DNA from: a virus
IMG/VR virus record: IMGVR_UViG_3300022700_000177
Span: 1 to 64,000 of that record
Length of the DNA: 64,000 bases
Strand: one strand, 5' to 3'
The notes beneath the pieces were generated by a model. It ran no database searches, was not told where the DNA came from, and worked only from the letters and a program-made list of their open reading frames with translations. Each line of letters opens with the position of its first letter. Within the stretch, counting starts at the first letter, position 1. Of this stretch, positions 36,018 through 45,702 are shown piece after piece. The position numbers and the translations under genes were made by a program.

Positions 36018-36518
36018 ATGTTTACTCCTAACACACCAGATTTCTCACTAACTTCCTTCAACATTGACGAACAATGGTACAAGCTTCCAACAGAATTTGA
36101 TGAGTGGTTAAGCTTTTATGCAGAAATAAACAACAAAGTGGACGAACTTAAAAAGCAACTGGAAGAAAAGGATGCAGAACTTGATTTGTATTTCAGAGAA
36201 CAATGGGATTCTTTGTTTGCAATCAAGATGACTGAGACTGCAATTTCAAAAGAGATCATTGATAACAAGAGCAGAAAGGACATAAGCGAAAGGCTTTTGT
36301 CCGCAAAAAAGAAACAGAACAATGTTAAAAGTATCGTGTCAAAATTGGATCATAAGGAAAAAGCTCTGGAATACTTATCGAAACTTTATCTTGGAAACTA
36401 TTTTGTGAAAACAGGGGAGAATGAAGCAACAAAAGAAATTGCTGATGGTGCTTCTAAGAAAGAAATGAATCAGAAAACAAAAGATACTTTAAAGCGTAGA
36501 AGGGAAAATCGAGAATGA
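36018..36518 (+). CDS. putative UvsY-like recombination mediator
   Basis: helical, KMTETAI..I motif; upstream of SSB and RecA. Confidence 0.55.
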   Translation: MFTPNTPDFSLTSFNIDEQWYKLPTEFDEWLSFYAEINNKVDELKKQLEEKDAELDLYFREQWDSLFAIKMTETAISKEIIDNKSRKDISERLLSAKKKQNNVKSIVSKLDHKEKALEYLSKLYLGNYFVKTGENEATKEIADGASKKEMNQKTKDTLKRRRENRE

Positions 36519-36638
36519 TGGAATTCCTTTATTTTTGTATTCAAATATTTTGTGTGTTATTCCTATTTTTAATTTGTTGGCATATGGTTGTGGATATATT
36601 CTTTAAACGTAAAACCCAATTTTATTTGGAGGTAGCAC

Positions 36639-37748
36639 ATGGCCTTAAAAAACAGAAAGAAGGCAAAGAAGGATCTGGAGAAGAGAGTTAAGGAAAGCCA
36701 TGAACGGAAAGACATGGGCGGTACTGGACAGGGTATTTTTTCATCTGAAGCCCCATTTCAGAAATGGAAATGCTCAGAAGATGACCATGAATTGGACTTT
36801 ATTCCATGGGAAATTGAAGAGGAACCTAATGTTCCTAAATACAACGGTTTGAAAGAAGGCGAAGTCGCCCATTGCATTGACGTTTATGTTCATCAAAGTG
36901 TTGGGCCAAACAATGACAGGTATATCTGCCCTCAAAGAAACTATGGCTTACCTTGCCCAATTTGTGAGGAAAGAGACGAACTTCTGGATGAGGGATACGA
37001 TTATCAACACCCAAAAGTCAAGGCTACTGGTGCTTCAAGACGTTGTATCTATAATGTTTGGGTACATGATTCTTTGAAAGAACAAAAAGTTGGCCCGCAA
37101 GTGTGGGAAGTTGCCCATTGGTTTATCGAAAAGCATATTTCAAGTCTTGCTCGTAATGCAAAACGTGGGACTTACGTTCCTTTTGCTGATCCTGACGAAG
37201 GAAAAACTTTCTCTTTCACGAAGTCTGGTAAACAGAGAAATACTGAATATACAGGATTGAAATTCGTTGACAGGGATGAGCCAATTCCAGATGAGATTGT
37301 TGATAGTGCTTACGCTATTGAAAAGTATTTGTATCTGCCTACTTATGAAGAAATGAAAGAAAGTTTTGAGGCAGGTAAGGTTCAACAGGAAAAGAAAGAA
37401 GGTACTGAGCCTGAGCCCGATAAGGAAGAAAAGCCTGAACCAAAAGAAGAACCAAAACAGGAGGAAAAGGAAGAGGAAGAGAATGAAATTACTAAAGAGG
37501 ATGTAGAAGCCCTTAAAACAAAAGCTAAGGCCAAAAAGTTTGTTAAGGAGCACAAAGACGAAATTGACCTCGATGCCGATGATATTAAAGAAATGTCATT
37601 AGAAGACATTAAGGAATATATCCTTAGCGAACTTGGCCTTGAGGAAGATGAAGAGGAAAGGAGAGACGAGAAGAAAGAGGAAGAGAAGGAGGAAGACGGG
37701 GATGACCCCGAGGATTTCTTCAGTGACGATGATGATGAAGCGTTCTAA
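36639..37748 (+). CDS. single-stranded DNA-binding protein (gp32-like)
   Basis: H..CP..CPICE Zn site; long acidic tail ending DDDDEAF. Confidence 0.75.
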   Translation: MALKNRKKAKKDLEKRVKESHERKDMGGTGQGIFSSEAPFQKWKCSEDDHELDFIPWEIEEEPNVPKYNGLKEGEVAHCIDVYVHQSVGPNNDRYICPQRNYGLPCPICEERDELLDEGYDYQHPKVKATGASRRCIYNVWVHDSLKEQKVGPQVWEVAHWFIEKHISSLARNAKRGTYVPFADPDEGKTFSFTKSGKQRNTEYTGLKFVDRDEPIPDEIVDSAYAIEKYLYLPTYEEMKESFEAGKVQQEKKEGTEPEPDKEEKPEPKEEPKQEEKEEEENEITKEDVEALKTKAKAKKFVKEHKDEIDLDADDIKEMSLEDIKEYILSELGLEEDEEERRDEKKEEEKEEDGDDPEDFFSDDDDEAF

Positions 37749-37757
37749 GGGGGTATA

Positions 37758-38783
37758 ATGGCATTAAAAAGAAGAAATAAAAAAGAAGAACCAGAAGAAA
37801 AACAAGAATCAGCCGAGTTTTTAACAAAAATACCAATCAGCGTTGAGCATGTTATTTCTACAGGTTCTACTCTTCTTGACCTTGCCATTACTGGGGGCCG
37901 CCGCAGAGGCGGGGGCCTCCCAGGAGGTGTCTTGGTTGAGATATTTGGCAAATCAGGCAGTGGAAAGACGGCAGTATTAGTGGAAACTGCTTCTTCCGCA
38001 CAATTCAATGGTGGAAAAATTCAATTTCAAGACCCAGAAGGAAGGCTTGACAGAGAATATACGAGCCTTTATGGACTCAAGTTGGATAAGGATAATTACC
38101 ACAGACCTAAATATGTATCAGAATTTTTTGATGCAATTAATAATTGGGAAACAGATCCCGAAGCAATCAATGTCATTGCTGCTGATTCTCTTGCTGCATT
38201 TTCTACTGAAGTTGAAATGAAAGATGGGGACAAGAGAGGGCAGCTACGAGCAAAGCAATTTTCTGAAGGCACAAGAAAGATGGCATTGAAACTTGCTGAA
38301 GAAAACAGGATTGTGCTTTGTTCTAATCAGGTTCGTCAGGGAGACTTTGGAGACATCACACCCGGAGGAAATGCAATTCCCTTCTATGCTTCTGTACGAA
38401 TAAAAATGAAAGTGGATGAAAAGATAACCCCTGAAAAAACAGTAAGGGAAATTAAACAAAAGAGAGTTGTTGGAATTAAATCCACTTGCGAGATTGTTAA
38501 AAATAGTGTGGGGTCCCCTTTCAGAACAGTTCCTATATATATAATGTTCCAAAAGGGCATTGATGACGTAAGAGCAAACATGCAATGGTATAAAGATAAC
38601 ACCAAATCCACAATGTATGATGCAATTGATAAACAATTCAAACAGTTTGACGCAGCGATACGTTATGTTGAGGATAATGATCTGGAAGGTGACGTTAGAG
38701 AAAAAGTCATTGATCTTTGGGATGAAATTGAGACTGCTTTTCAAGCTGAAAAAGTAAAGCCAAAAAAACGGTTTACATTATGA
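37758..38783 (+). CDS. recA: RecA/UvsX recombinase
   Basis: STGS..LD, GKSGSGKT, DSLAA, NQVR, TPGGNA..FYASVR. Confidence 0.92.
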   Translation: MALKRRNKKEEPEEKQESAEFLTKIPISVEHVISTGSTLLDLAITGGRRRGGGLPGGVLVEIFGKSGSGKTAVLVETASSAQFNGGKIQFQDPEGRLDREYTSLYGLKLDKDNYHRPKYVSEFFDAINNWETDPEAINVIAADSLAAFSTEVEMKDGDKRGQLRAKQFSEGTRKMALKLAEENRIVLCSNQVRQGDFGDITPGGNAIPFYASVRIKMKVDEKITPEKTVREIKQKRVVGIKSTCEIVKNSVGSPFRTVPIYIMFQKGIDDVRANMQWYKDNTKSTMYDAIDKQFKQFDAAIRYVEDNDLEGDVREKVIDLWDEIETAFQAEKVKPKKRFTL

Positions 38784-39637
38784 TTAACGAAGGCCCTCCA
38801 ATAATAATTGATTCCTCTTCCCTTGCCCACCGAGCAAAACATGCTGTGAAAGACCTCTCCTATGATTTTATAAAAACCTCTGTCCTGTTTGGTTTTATGA
38901 ACCAATTGAAAAAGATTGCAGATAACCTCAAAAATGCCAATTTTGTATTCTGTTTTGATAGCAGAGAAAATTATAGGAAAAAAATATTTCCTGAGTATAA
39001 ACTTAGGAAGAGAGCAAAGGAATTAACAGATTATGAAAAGGAATTGAATGAGGCTACTTATAGACAAATCAATTTGTTAAGGGAAGAAATTCTTCCCTCT
39101 TTAGGTTTCAAGAATATTTTCATACAAGAAGGATTTGAAGCAGATGATCTTATAGCTTCGATTTGCTTTTGTAATGAAGGGCACAAGATAATTGTAAGTA
39201 GTGATGAGGATCTTTATCAACTTCTTGATACTGCGGATATGTACAAGGCTAACGGTAAGCTTTACTCAAAACAAGATTTACAAGAAGAGTTTGGAATCAC
39301 ACCTAAAGAGTGGTGGAGAGTAAAAGCTATTGCTGGATGTAACTCAGACGAGGTTCCAGGAGTACCTAAAGTAGGAGAGAAAACTGCTATTAGGTATCTT
39401 AAAGGGACTCTAAAGAAAGATTCAGTTGCTTATAAAAACATTGAGGATAGCAAAAAGCTACTAAACAGGAATGTAAAGCTTGTTAAACTCCCATTGAAAG
39501 GAACAAGGAAAATTAAATTGGATAACTCTCCTGAAAACATTTCTTTATATGAGTTCAGAAGGTTTGCAAGAATGTATAATATGCAATCTTTGCTAAATAA
39601 AACCGACCAATGGGTCTCAAGCTTTTGGATGGTATAA
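38780..39637 (+). CDS. 5'-3' exonuclease / flap endonuclease
   Basis: IIDS, FD, EADD, SSDEDL, SDEVPGVPKVGEKTA. Confidence 0.9.
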   Translation: MINEGPPIIIDSSSLAHRAKHAVKDLSYDFIKTSVLFGFMNQLKKIADNLKNANFVFCFDSRENYRKKIFPEYKLRKRAKELTDYEKELNEATYRQINLLREEILPSLGFKNIFIQEGFEADDLIASICFCNEGHKIIVSSDEDLYQLLDTADMYKANGKLYSKQDLQEEFGITPKEWWRVKAIAGCNSDEVPGVPKVGEKTAIRYLKGTLKKDSVAYKNIEDSKKLLNRNVKLVKLPLKGTRKIKLDNSPENISLYEFRRFARMYNMQSLLNKTDQWVSSFWMV

Positions 39638-39638
39638 T

Positions 39639-39887
39639 ATGGAACAGACAGTCACTTTCAAAACAACAGAAGAAACACCATCTGGCAGAAGCAAAGATAT
39701 TAATAATCAACTTTCTAAAGACAGAAGGAAAAGAAATCCTGATATTGGTTACCACTATATGGATTATTTCATAAATAGCAATGGAGATTTATCTGTTACC
39801 TATTATTTAAGAAGAAATTTAATGGATTGCAACAGTAAGAGGTATATTACCAATGGTGGCGAGGACAGTAGCATCAAGGAAAGCTAA
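39639..39887 (+). CDS. hypothetical protein
   Basis: ORF in operon. Confidence 0.55.
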   Translation: MEQTVTFKTTEETPSGRSKDINNQLSKDRRKRNPDIGYHYMDYFINSNGDLSVTYYLRRNLMDCNSKRYITNGGEDSSIKES

Positions 39888-40272
39888 AGGCAGGAATCTT
39901 CAAAAAGAGATTGCTGAAGCTATTTCTTATATATTGGATGAGGAATGTGGAAAAGATTGCCCTATTCAATCAAGGGAAATGGGCCAATCTGGCGTTGATA
40001 TTAAACTTGAAAAATGGTTACTTAAGGAATTTCCATTTTCCATTGAGGTAAAAGCTCAGGACAGATGGAGCGTGCCCGCTTGGATAAAACAAGCAGAAGA
40101 TAATGAACTTGAAAATACAAACTGGTTATTGTTTTTCCAGAGAAAAAATAAAAATCCTGTAGCTGTAATAGATGCTTATGTATTCTTTGACATTTTGAGG
40201 AGAGTTTATGGCAGGACTAAAGAGAAAGAAAAAGAATCAAAGCTCAATAGAAAAACCACCAAGAATACATAA
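39853..40272 (+). CDS. PD-(D/E)xK Holliday junction resolvase
   Basis: KAKGR, GVDI, IEVK, QAE. Confidence 0.75.
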   Translation: MVARTVASRKAKGRNLQKEIAEAISYILDEECGKDCPIQSREMGQSGVDIKLEKWLLKEFPFSIEVKAQDRWSVPAWIKQAEDNELENTNWLLFFQRKNKNPVAVIDAYVFFDILRRVYGRTKEKEKESKLNRKTTKNT

Positions 40273-40468
40273 ACCCAATAAAAAACTTCCTTGGAAAAAA
40301 GTAAAATCAAAAGAAGATTTCCCTCCAGAGACAAATGATTTGATAGTTTTTTATCAAAGTGATTATGGCTCAGAAATAGGAACTTCTGGAGTTGTGAGAC
40401 AGCACATGCTAAAAAAAGAAAATCCAATAAAAGTACTTGCATGGTTTTTGTTGGAGGAGGCTTTATGA
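40208..40468 (+). CDS. hypothetical protein
   Basis: GAGGAG RBS; starts MAGLKRKK. Confidence 0.55.
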   Translation: MAGLKRKKKNQSSIEKPPRIHKPNKKLPWKKVKSKEDFPPETNDLIVFYQSDYGSEIGTSGVVRQHMLKKENPIKVLAWFLLEEAL

Positions 40469-40686
40469 GACAAAAAAGAGTTAGGAGTTTGAGAGAAGCT
40501 TTTTTAGGTTTAGTACAGAGGATGAAAATAGCGGATAAACAGCAAACCTCTTTTTGGAGAAAACTCAAAAGAGGTTATAATGAATCCAAGCAACCAAAAA
40601 TGAAAGATCACAGACCAGAAATAAAAGCAAAAATTGAAAGGAGTAAGAGGAGAAAAAAGAAAAATGCTGAACTGGCTACATCTTAA
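40465..40686 (+). CDS. small basic protein
   Basis: GGAGGAGG RBS. Confidence 0.6.
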   Translation: MRQKRVRSLREAFLGLVQRMKIADKQQTSFWRKLKRGYNESKQPKMKDHRPEIKAKIERSKRRKKKNAELATS

Positions 40687-41698
40687 AAATTTCCAAATCC
40701 ATAAGGATTCTCTATTGGAGTTTAGTCCAGGCATAAACTTCATAAAAGGGGAAACTCACAATGGCAAATCCTCTATTGTGAGGGCATTAAGATTAATTGC
40801 TTTCAACGATCCCCTAACAGATGAATACTTACATGAAGGCAAAACCACCACAATAAAAGCTGATATTGACGGAAATACTGTAACAAAAATACGAAGTAAA
40901 TCAAAGAATGAATATAAAGTCAACAATGGCCCTTCTTTGAAAGCTTTCAGAACGAAAGTCCCGGAAGAAGTTTCTCAAGTATTGAATCTCACCACACAAA
41001 ACTTTCAAGAACAGAAGGAACCCTACTTCCTAATACAGAATACCCCTACAGAACGAATGTCAATTCTTGACAATATTGCTGGATTTGAGGAAATAAAAAA
41101 TATTCTTAGTAATGCCAATTTGGAAGTCCATAGAATTTCAAGTGGTATAAATGCTTTGAAAGAAAGGATTGAAGAACATCAAGAACAGCTTAAGGATTAT
41201 AAAGGGGTTGAGGAAAAGTATAATCAAGTTGAATCCACATTGAACAACCTTGAACTTGTAAAATATTATAAAAACTGTATTTTTGAAATTGAAAATATCC
41301 TTGAACAGTTAAGAAATTTCAAAAAGAAGGAAGCCAAATTAAAAAGGATTATAAGTAAAAAACCCGTTGTTGCAGAGTTCAAAAAAGTAAGGAACAAATA
41401 TTGGGAAATACATTCTGATAGAGTGGGCTTAATCACCATTCAAAAAGATATCATAGATGTAAAGAGAAAAATAAGTGAATCTCAAAAAGTGATTGAGAAG
41501 AAAGAAGCTGTTCAGCAAGCAAAAGATTTGATACAGAGATTGACAGAAATAGCCAAGGGCAAGGTCCTGCTGAACGATCTACTCAAACATGATAACAAAC
41601 TACAGGCAGCTAAAAAACGAGCAGAGGACCTCAAGGAGCAGAGAAAACAGCTTGAGGCAGAGGTAGAAGTATGCCCTATATGTAAGAAACCCTTCTGA
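40664..41698 (+). CDS. SbcC/Rad50 N-terminal half
   Basis: LKNFQ.H, Walker A GETHNGKSS, coiled coil ending in CPIC hook. Confidence 0.85.
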   Translation: MLNWLHLKNFQIHKDSLLEFSPGINFIKGETHNGKSSIVRALRLIAFNDPLTDEYLHEGKTTTIKADIDGNTVTKIRSKSKNEYKVNNGPSLKAFRTKVPEEVSQVLNLTTQNFQEQKEPYFLIQNTPTERMSILDNIAGFEEIKNILSNANLEVHRISSGINALKERIEEHQEQLKDYKGVEEKYNQVESTLNNLELVKYYKNCIFEIENILEQLRNFKKKEAKLKRIISKKPVVAEFKKVRNKYWEIHSDRVGLITIQKDIIDVKRKISESQKVIEKKEAVQQAKDLIQRLTEIAKGKVLLNDLLKHDNKLQAAKKRAEDLKEQRKQLEAEVEVCPICKKPF

Positions 41699-41705
41699 GG
41701 AAAAA

Positions 41706-42575
41706 ATGAAACATTTACCAGTATTTATTCCATGTTATTTTGGGGACAAATCAGTTAGAGAAAAACGAATCAAAGCATTTGAGACTCAGGTAGAATGGTT
41801 TTTATCTTTGGATGAGAGAATAGTTCTCTTTATTACTATAATGGACCCCCACTATAAACCCGCACCAAACAAAAGAATCTATTATTTTTATTCAACTAAA
41901 ATTGTGCACCCTTCAGTCATAAAAAATAGAGGGTTGAAAGAGTTTTATAATAGTGAGGCCAAGTGGTGCATACTTGCTGATAATGATTCTATACTATATG
42001 ACCACTTCATTGGAGAAAAAATATTCTCTCATATGCTTGACTACCCAAAAGAATGGTCTAAATTAGATATGTGGTATCCTATCAATCCTATAAATGAGCC
42101 TTTTAATTGGAGATACAGGAACGGTACTGTAAAGCAACTTATTTATTTTGAAACAGCAAGTGTGACTTTGAAAGGGAGCTTAATTGCTTTAAGGAATACA
42201 GGAACAAAAGTGTTTTTCAATGAGAACAGGCTTTGCTCTGAAGACACAGAGTTTCTTATCAATATGATTATGGAGGGCAAGAGGTGCTATAAATGTGTGG
42301 GTGCGGTATTAAAGGAATTAGTACAATCAAAAACACAAAGTACCTTTGAAAAACTAAAAAACCCAGAAGATAGAAAAACAATAGTCTCACAAGATAAATT
42401 AGAATTGGCAAAGAAGTACCCCCCACTGCAAGCGAAAGTTATGGAGAATGGGAATGTGAATTTTATTACCAATCAGTTTTATAAAAAATACAGGGTAGGA
42501 CCAAAGAATATAAAGATACCCATAGATCCAAATGATAACCCTGTAATATTCAAATCTATGTTCAATGGGGAATGA
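41706..42575 (+). CDS. GT-A fold glycosyltransferase
   Basis: FIPCY, ILADND (DxD), SEDTEF. Confidence 0.6.
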   Translation: MKHLPVFIPCYFGDKSVREKRIKAFETQVEWFLSLDERIVLFITIMDPHYKPAPNKRIYYFYSTKIVHPSVIKNRGLKEFYNSEAKWCILADNDSILYDHFIGEKIFSHMLDYPKEWSKLDMWYPINPINEPFNWRYRNGTVKQLIYFETASVTLKGSLIALRNTGTKVFFNENRLCSEDTEFLINMIMEGKRCYKCVGAVLKELVQSKTQSTFEKLKNPEDRKTIVSQDKLELAKKYPPLQAKVMENGNVNFITNQFYKKYRVGPKNIKIPIDPNDNPVIFKSMFNGE

Positions 42576-42786
42576 TATGGAAAACGAAGTTGATATTTTT
42601 TCACTTCCAATAGAAATGGATGAAACACACGAAAGAGGAAACGCAAGCATTTGTGTAGATAAAATAAAATGCCACCCAGATGATTATGAGTTGCTTGTTA
42701 CAGGATTAAATGGATTAAGAGGAAAGATAAATGAAAATCATGGCGTTGCCGGATCTTCATCTGAGGATTCAGAAACCAAAGAATAG
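42565..42786 (+). CDS. hypothetical protein
   Basis: short ORF in operon. Confidence 0.5.
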   Translation: MGNDMENEVDIFSLPIEMDETHERGNASICVDKIKCHPDDYELLVTGLNGLRGKINENHGVAGSSSEDSETKE

Positions 42787-43747
42787 GAAAGACCAAGATT
42801 TCTATTCTTCAGTAGTGTTAAAAAAATTACAATGGATTCAAGACTTTGCAACTGAGAATGGGATTAATTATGTGATCCAACCTGGGGACTTTTTTGATTC
42901 AGCAGAAGTCCCAAAAAGAATCATAGGTGATGTAATAAAAATTCTTTATCCTAACACATTTGCCAAAATAGACTGGTTTGTTGTTCCAGGCCAGCACGAT
43001 CTTGTCAATCACTCTCCTAATCTATCAAATACACCAATAAGGCTTCTTGAAGAGGCTAAGGTTGTCCGTATTCTCAAAAAAGATGAAGCTGTATGGCTTA
43101 GTGATGAAGTTTCCCTCCAGGGGACGGGTTGGGGAGAAGAGATTCCAGAGCCATCAGAAGATGCTGCTATAAATATTCTCACACTACATAAAATGATTGT
43201 GAATGAAGAAAAAGAATGGGATGCTCAGGAAGGACATACATGGGCATTACAACTTCTAAGAAATAGTGGGTTTGACTATATAATTTCAGGAGACAACCAC
43301 AGAAGTTTTCATATACGAAACAGAAGTAAATATTTGATTAATTGCGGCACACTCATCAGAAACAAGATTGACATGAAAGAGTATAAACCTTGTGTTTATG
43401 TAATAGACACCGAAAAGAAAGAAGTTAAAAAGCATTATGTTCCTATAAATACAGATGTATTTCAAGAGGTTGAGACTGAAGTTGAAAAATTGGCAGAAAC
43501 CTTAAAAACCTCTTTTGAAGTTTCACTAAGCTACAGAGAGAATGTTTTCAAAAGAATGGAAGAGCAAGAAATAGATGAGTTAACAAGATCCTATATATTA
43601 AAAGCAATGGAGGTTGAAGATGGCGAAGAATATAGAGGAAATGTCCCAGAGGTTTCTGGATCTGGAAGAGGAGATCAATCAAGCAGAACAAAACGTCCAT
43701 CGCTTAACAGGAGAAAGAAGCGTTTTAGTCAAGACCTTGAAAGATAA
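42731..43747 (+). CDS. SbcD/Mre11 nuclease
   Basis: DLH, GDFFD, GQHD, GDNH metallophosphoesterase motifs. Confidence 0.9.
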   Translation: MKIMALPDLHLRIQKPKNRKDQDFYSSVVLKKLQWIQDFATENGINYVIQPGDFFDSAEVPKRIIGDVIKILYPNTFAKIDWFVVPGQHDLVNHSPNLSNTPIRLLEEAKVVRILKKDEAVWLSDEVSLQGTGWGEEIPEPSEDAAINILTLHKMIVNEEKEWDAQEGHTWALQLLRNSGFDYIISGDNHRSFHIRNRSKYLINCGTLIRNKIDMKEYKPCVYVIDTEKKEVKKHYVPINTDVFQEVETEVEKLAETLKTSFEVSLSYRENVFKRMEEQEIDELTRSYILKAMEVEDGEEYRGNVPEVSGSGRGDQSSRTKRPSLNRRKKRFSQDLER

Positions 43748-43868
43748 ATATAATGTGTCCTCAAATAAAGAGACAACAGATAAACTTGAGGAATTAAAAA
43801 AGGAAGAACAAGAGGCAAAAGCGAAATTGGAGGAGTTGTATGAGCAAATTACAGAGGATGCAAGTTAG
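43620..43868 (+). CDS. short coiled-coil protein
   Basis: GGAGG RBS; heptad pattern; lies between sbcD and sbcC C-half. Confidence 0.65.
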   Translation: MAKNIEEMSQRFLDLEEEINQAEQNVHRLTGERSVLVKTLKDKYNVSSNKETTDKLEELKKEEQEAKAKLEELYEQITEDAS

Positions 43869-44457
43869 GCTTGAGGAGATACAGGATGAGTTGAAAGACA
43901 AATTAGCCAATAAGAGGTATGTTGAAGATCAGATTAAAGAAGTAGAAGAAAGGATTTCTACTGAGGAAGAGAATAAAAATGCAGCAAAGATAGCGAGAGA
44001 ATTTTTACAATCGGTTGCTACTCAAACCCAAAATCAGATTGTAGAATATTTTGAAAGTACTGGAACCCATGCAATTCAGCCTCTTTCCGTAGAACCCATA
44101 TCTGTTAAAATGGATTTTTTGGAGAAGAGGGGCAAGACAGAATGTGATTTGTATTATCAGGATAAGAATGGCAAGAGGCTGAGTCCTATGTTTTCTTCAG
44201 GATATGGACTCAATGATATGAGTTCCATAGCTTTCAGACTTCTTTACTGTAACATATTGAAAACGAATAAGATTTTAGTTCTTGATGAACCTATGAAGCA
44301 GGTAAGTGAGGGGTATATTGAGGAAGCATGTGAAATCCTAAAAACACTTGTTAAGTCAGAAGGTTTCCAAGTAATCCTAATTTCAAATGCTTACAAACCT
44401 TTCTTTGAAGAAATTGCAGATAAAGTTTTTTATGTTGAACAGGGTGAAGTTTATTAA
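43840..44457 (+). CDS. SbcC/Rad50 C-terminal half
   Basis: coiled coil, SSG signature, Walker B LVLDEP. Confidence 0.85.
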   Translation: MSKLQRMQVRLEEIQDELKDKLANKRYVEDQIKEVEERISTEEENKNAAKIAREFLQSVATQTQNQIVEYFESTGTHAIQPLSVEPISVKMDFLEKRGKTECDLYYQDKNGKRLSPMFSSGYGLNDMSSIAFRLLYCNILKTNKILVLDEPMKQVSEGYIEEACEILKTLVKSEGFQVILISNAYKPFFEEIADKVFYVEQGEVY

Positions 44458-44469
44458 AGGGGGTGGAAT

Positions 44470-45071
44470 ATGCCCCCAAAACTCAAAAGAAGGGATAAGC
44501 GACATAAATGTAAAAGATGCGGAGAAAAAACCACAAATAGAATGTATTGCTCAGATTGTTTAAGGTATTTAGAAAACAACCCAAAAGATACTTTGTATGA
44601 TGAGGAAAGCTATAAACTATCAATAGACTTTGAACTGGAGGGCTACTATGAGAATTAATAATAAAGAAGTCTCTGTTTATTGCGCACATTGTGGGCAGAA
44701 TTTTACTGTCTCAAGTAATTGTGACCATAATGATGAAGTTGTTATTTATGTGGAACCTCACCTTTGTAATATGTATGTGGATGATAGAGGAATGGTGATT
44801 GATAGGGTAAAGAAGCAAAATGAAGCTTTACAAAAAAGGAACACGGAACTTGTTGAGGAGAACAGGAAGTTAAAAGCAGGGGTTGTGCCAAGTGCCACAT
44901 AAAGGACCCCCAAAAGGATGCAAAAGAAAGCATCTTGTTTTTTGTTCTGTATGTGGAAAAGAGGTTTATCTATCACACCGTAGAATAGCAGAAGGTAGGG
45001 TATGCTCTAAATGCAGAACAGAAAAAATAGATTGGCCTGAGTGGATTCCAGAAATAATACAACAGTTTTAG
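44470..45071 (+). CDS. three small Zn-finger ORFs (44470-44658, ~44648-44902, ~44883-45071)
   Basis: CxxC pairs, tightly packed; starts uncertain. Confidence 0.55.
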
Positions 45072-45080
45072 GGGGAGACG

Positions 45081-45683
45081 ATGATGGAAGTTGACTACAT
45101 AAAGGAAGTAAAAAGGCAATTCAATTTGGAACCGGTTACTTATTTTATATTCAGGAGGGGGACTCGATTTTCACTTGAGGAACTTCAAATTTATTTAGAC
45201 CAAATAGATGGTTTAGAAAATGAAATGTTAAAAAATAACCACAAGTACATACAAGATAAAAGGTATAAAAGACCGTTGATTACTGTGGTGCTGTTTGTTG
45301 ATCAAAATAGAGAGTGCAAAGTCAAGGCTTTGTCTGTCAGGTCTCAAAAAGATGAGTTTGATGCTGAAAGGGGAATTAATGAAGCTGCCAGGCACACTTT
45401 ACGATTGTTAAAAGGAAGAGAAGAAACCCCAGTAAGAAGACCATATGCTGTTAGGACATTGATTAACTGCTGCATGAATACCACATGCCATGCAGAAGAG
45501 TATCCAAAACTCGACCTATTCGAACAGTCCCTTATCTGTTCCAAGAAAAAGGTGGTAGATATGGTTCAGAATGGAAATGCTTCATCAACACCCTGTTTTG
45601 ATGCTAAATACCCACCTATAAATGTTAACCTATCTTTAAAAAGTACTCTATTTAAAAGCCCCTTTTTAGACAAATTTTTGTGA
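45081..45683 (+). CDS. hypothetical protein
   Basis: S.KDEF...G...A motif. Confidence 0.7.
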   Translation: MMEVDYIKEVKRQFNLEPVTYFIFRRGTRFSLEELQIYLDQIDGLENEMLKNNHKYIQDKRYKRPLITVVLFVDQNRECKVKALSVRSQKDEFDAERGINEAARHTLRLLKGREETPVRRPYAVRTLINCCMNTTCHAEEYPKLDLFEQSLICSKKKVVDMVQNGNASSTPCFDAKYPPINVNLSLKSTLFKSPFLDKFL

Positions 45684-45702
45684 GATAACAGGAGAATTAG
45701 AT

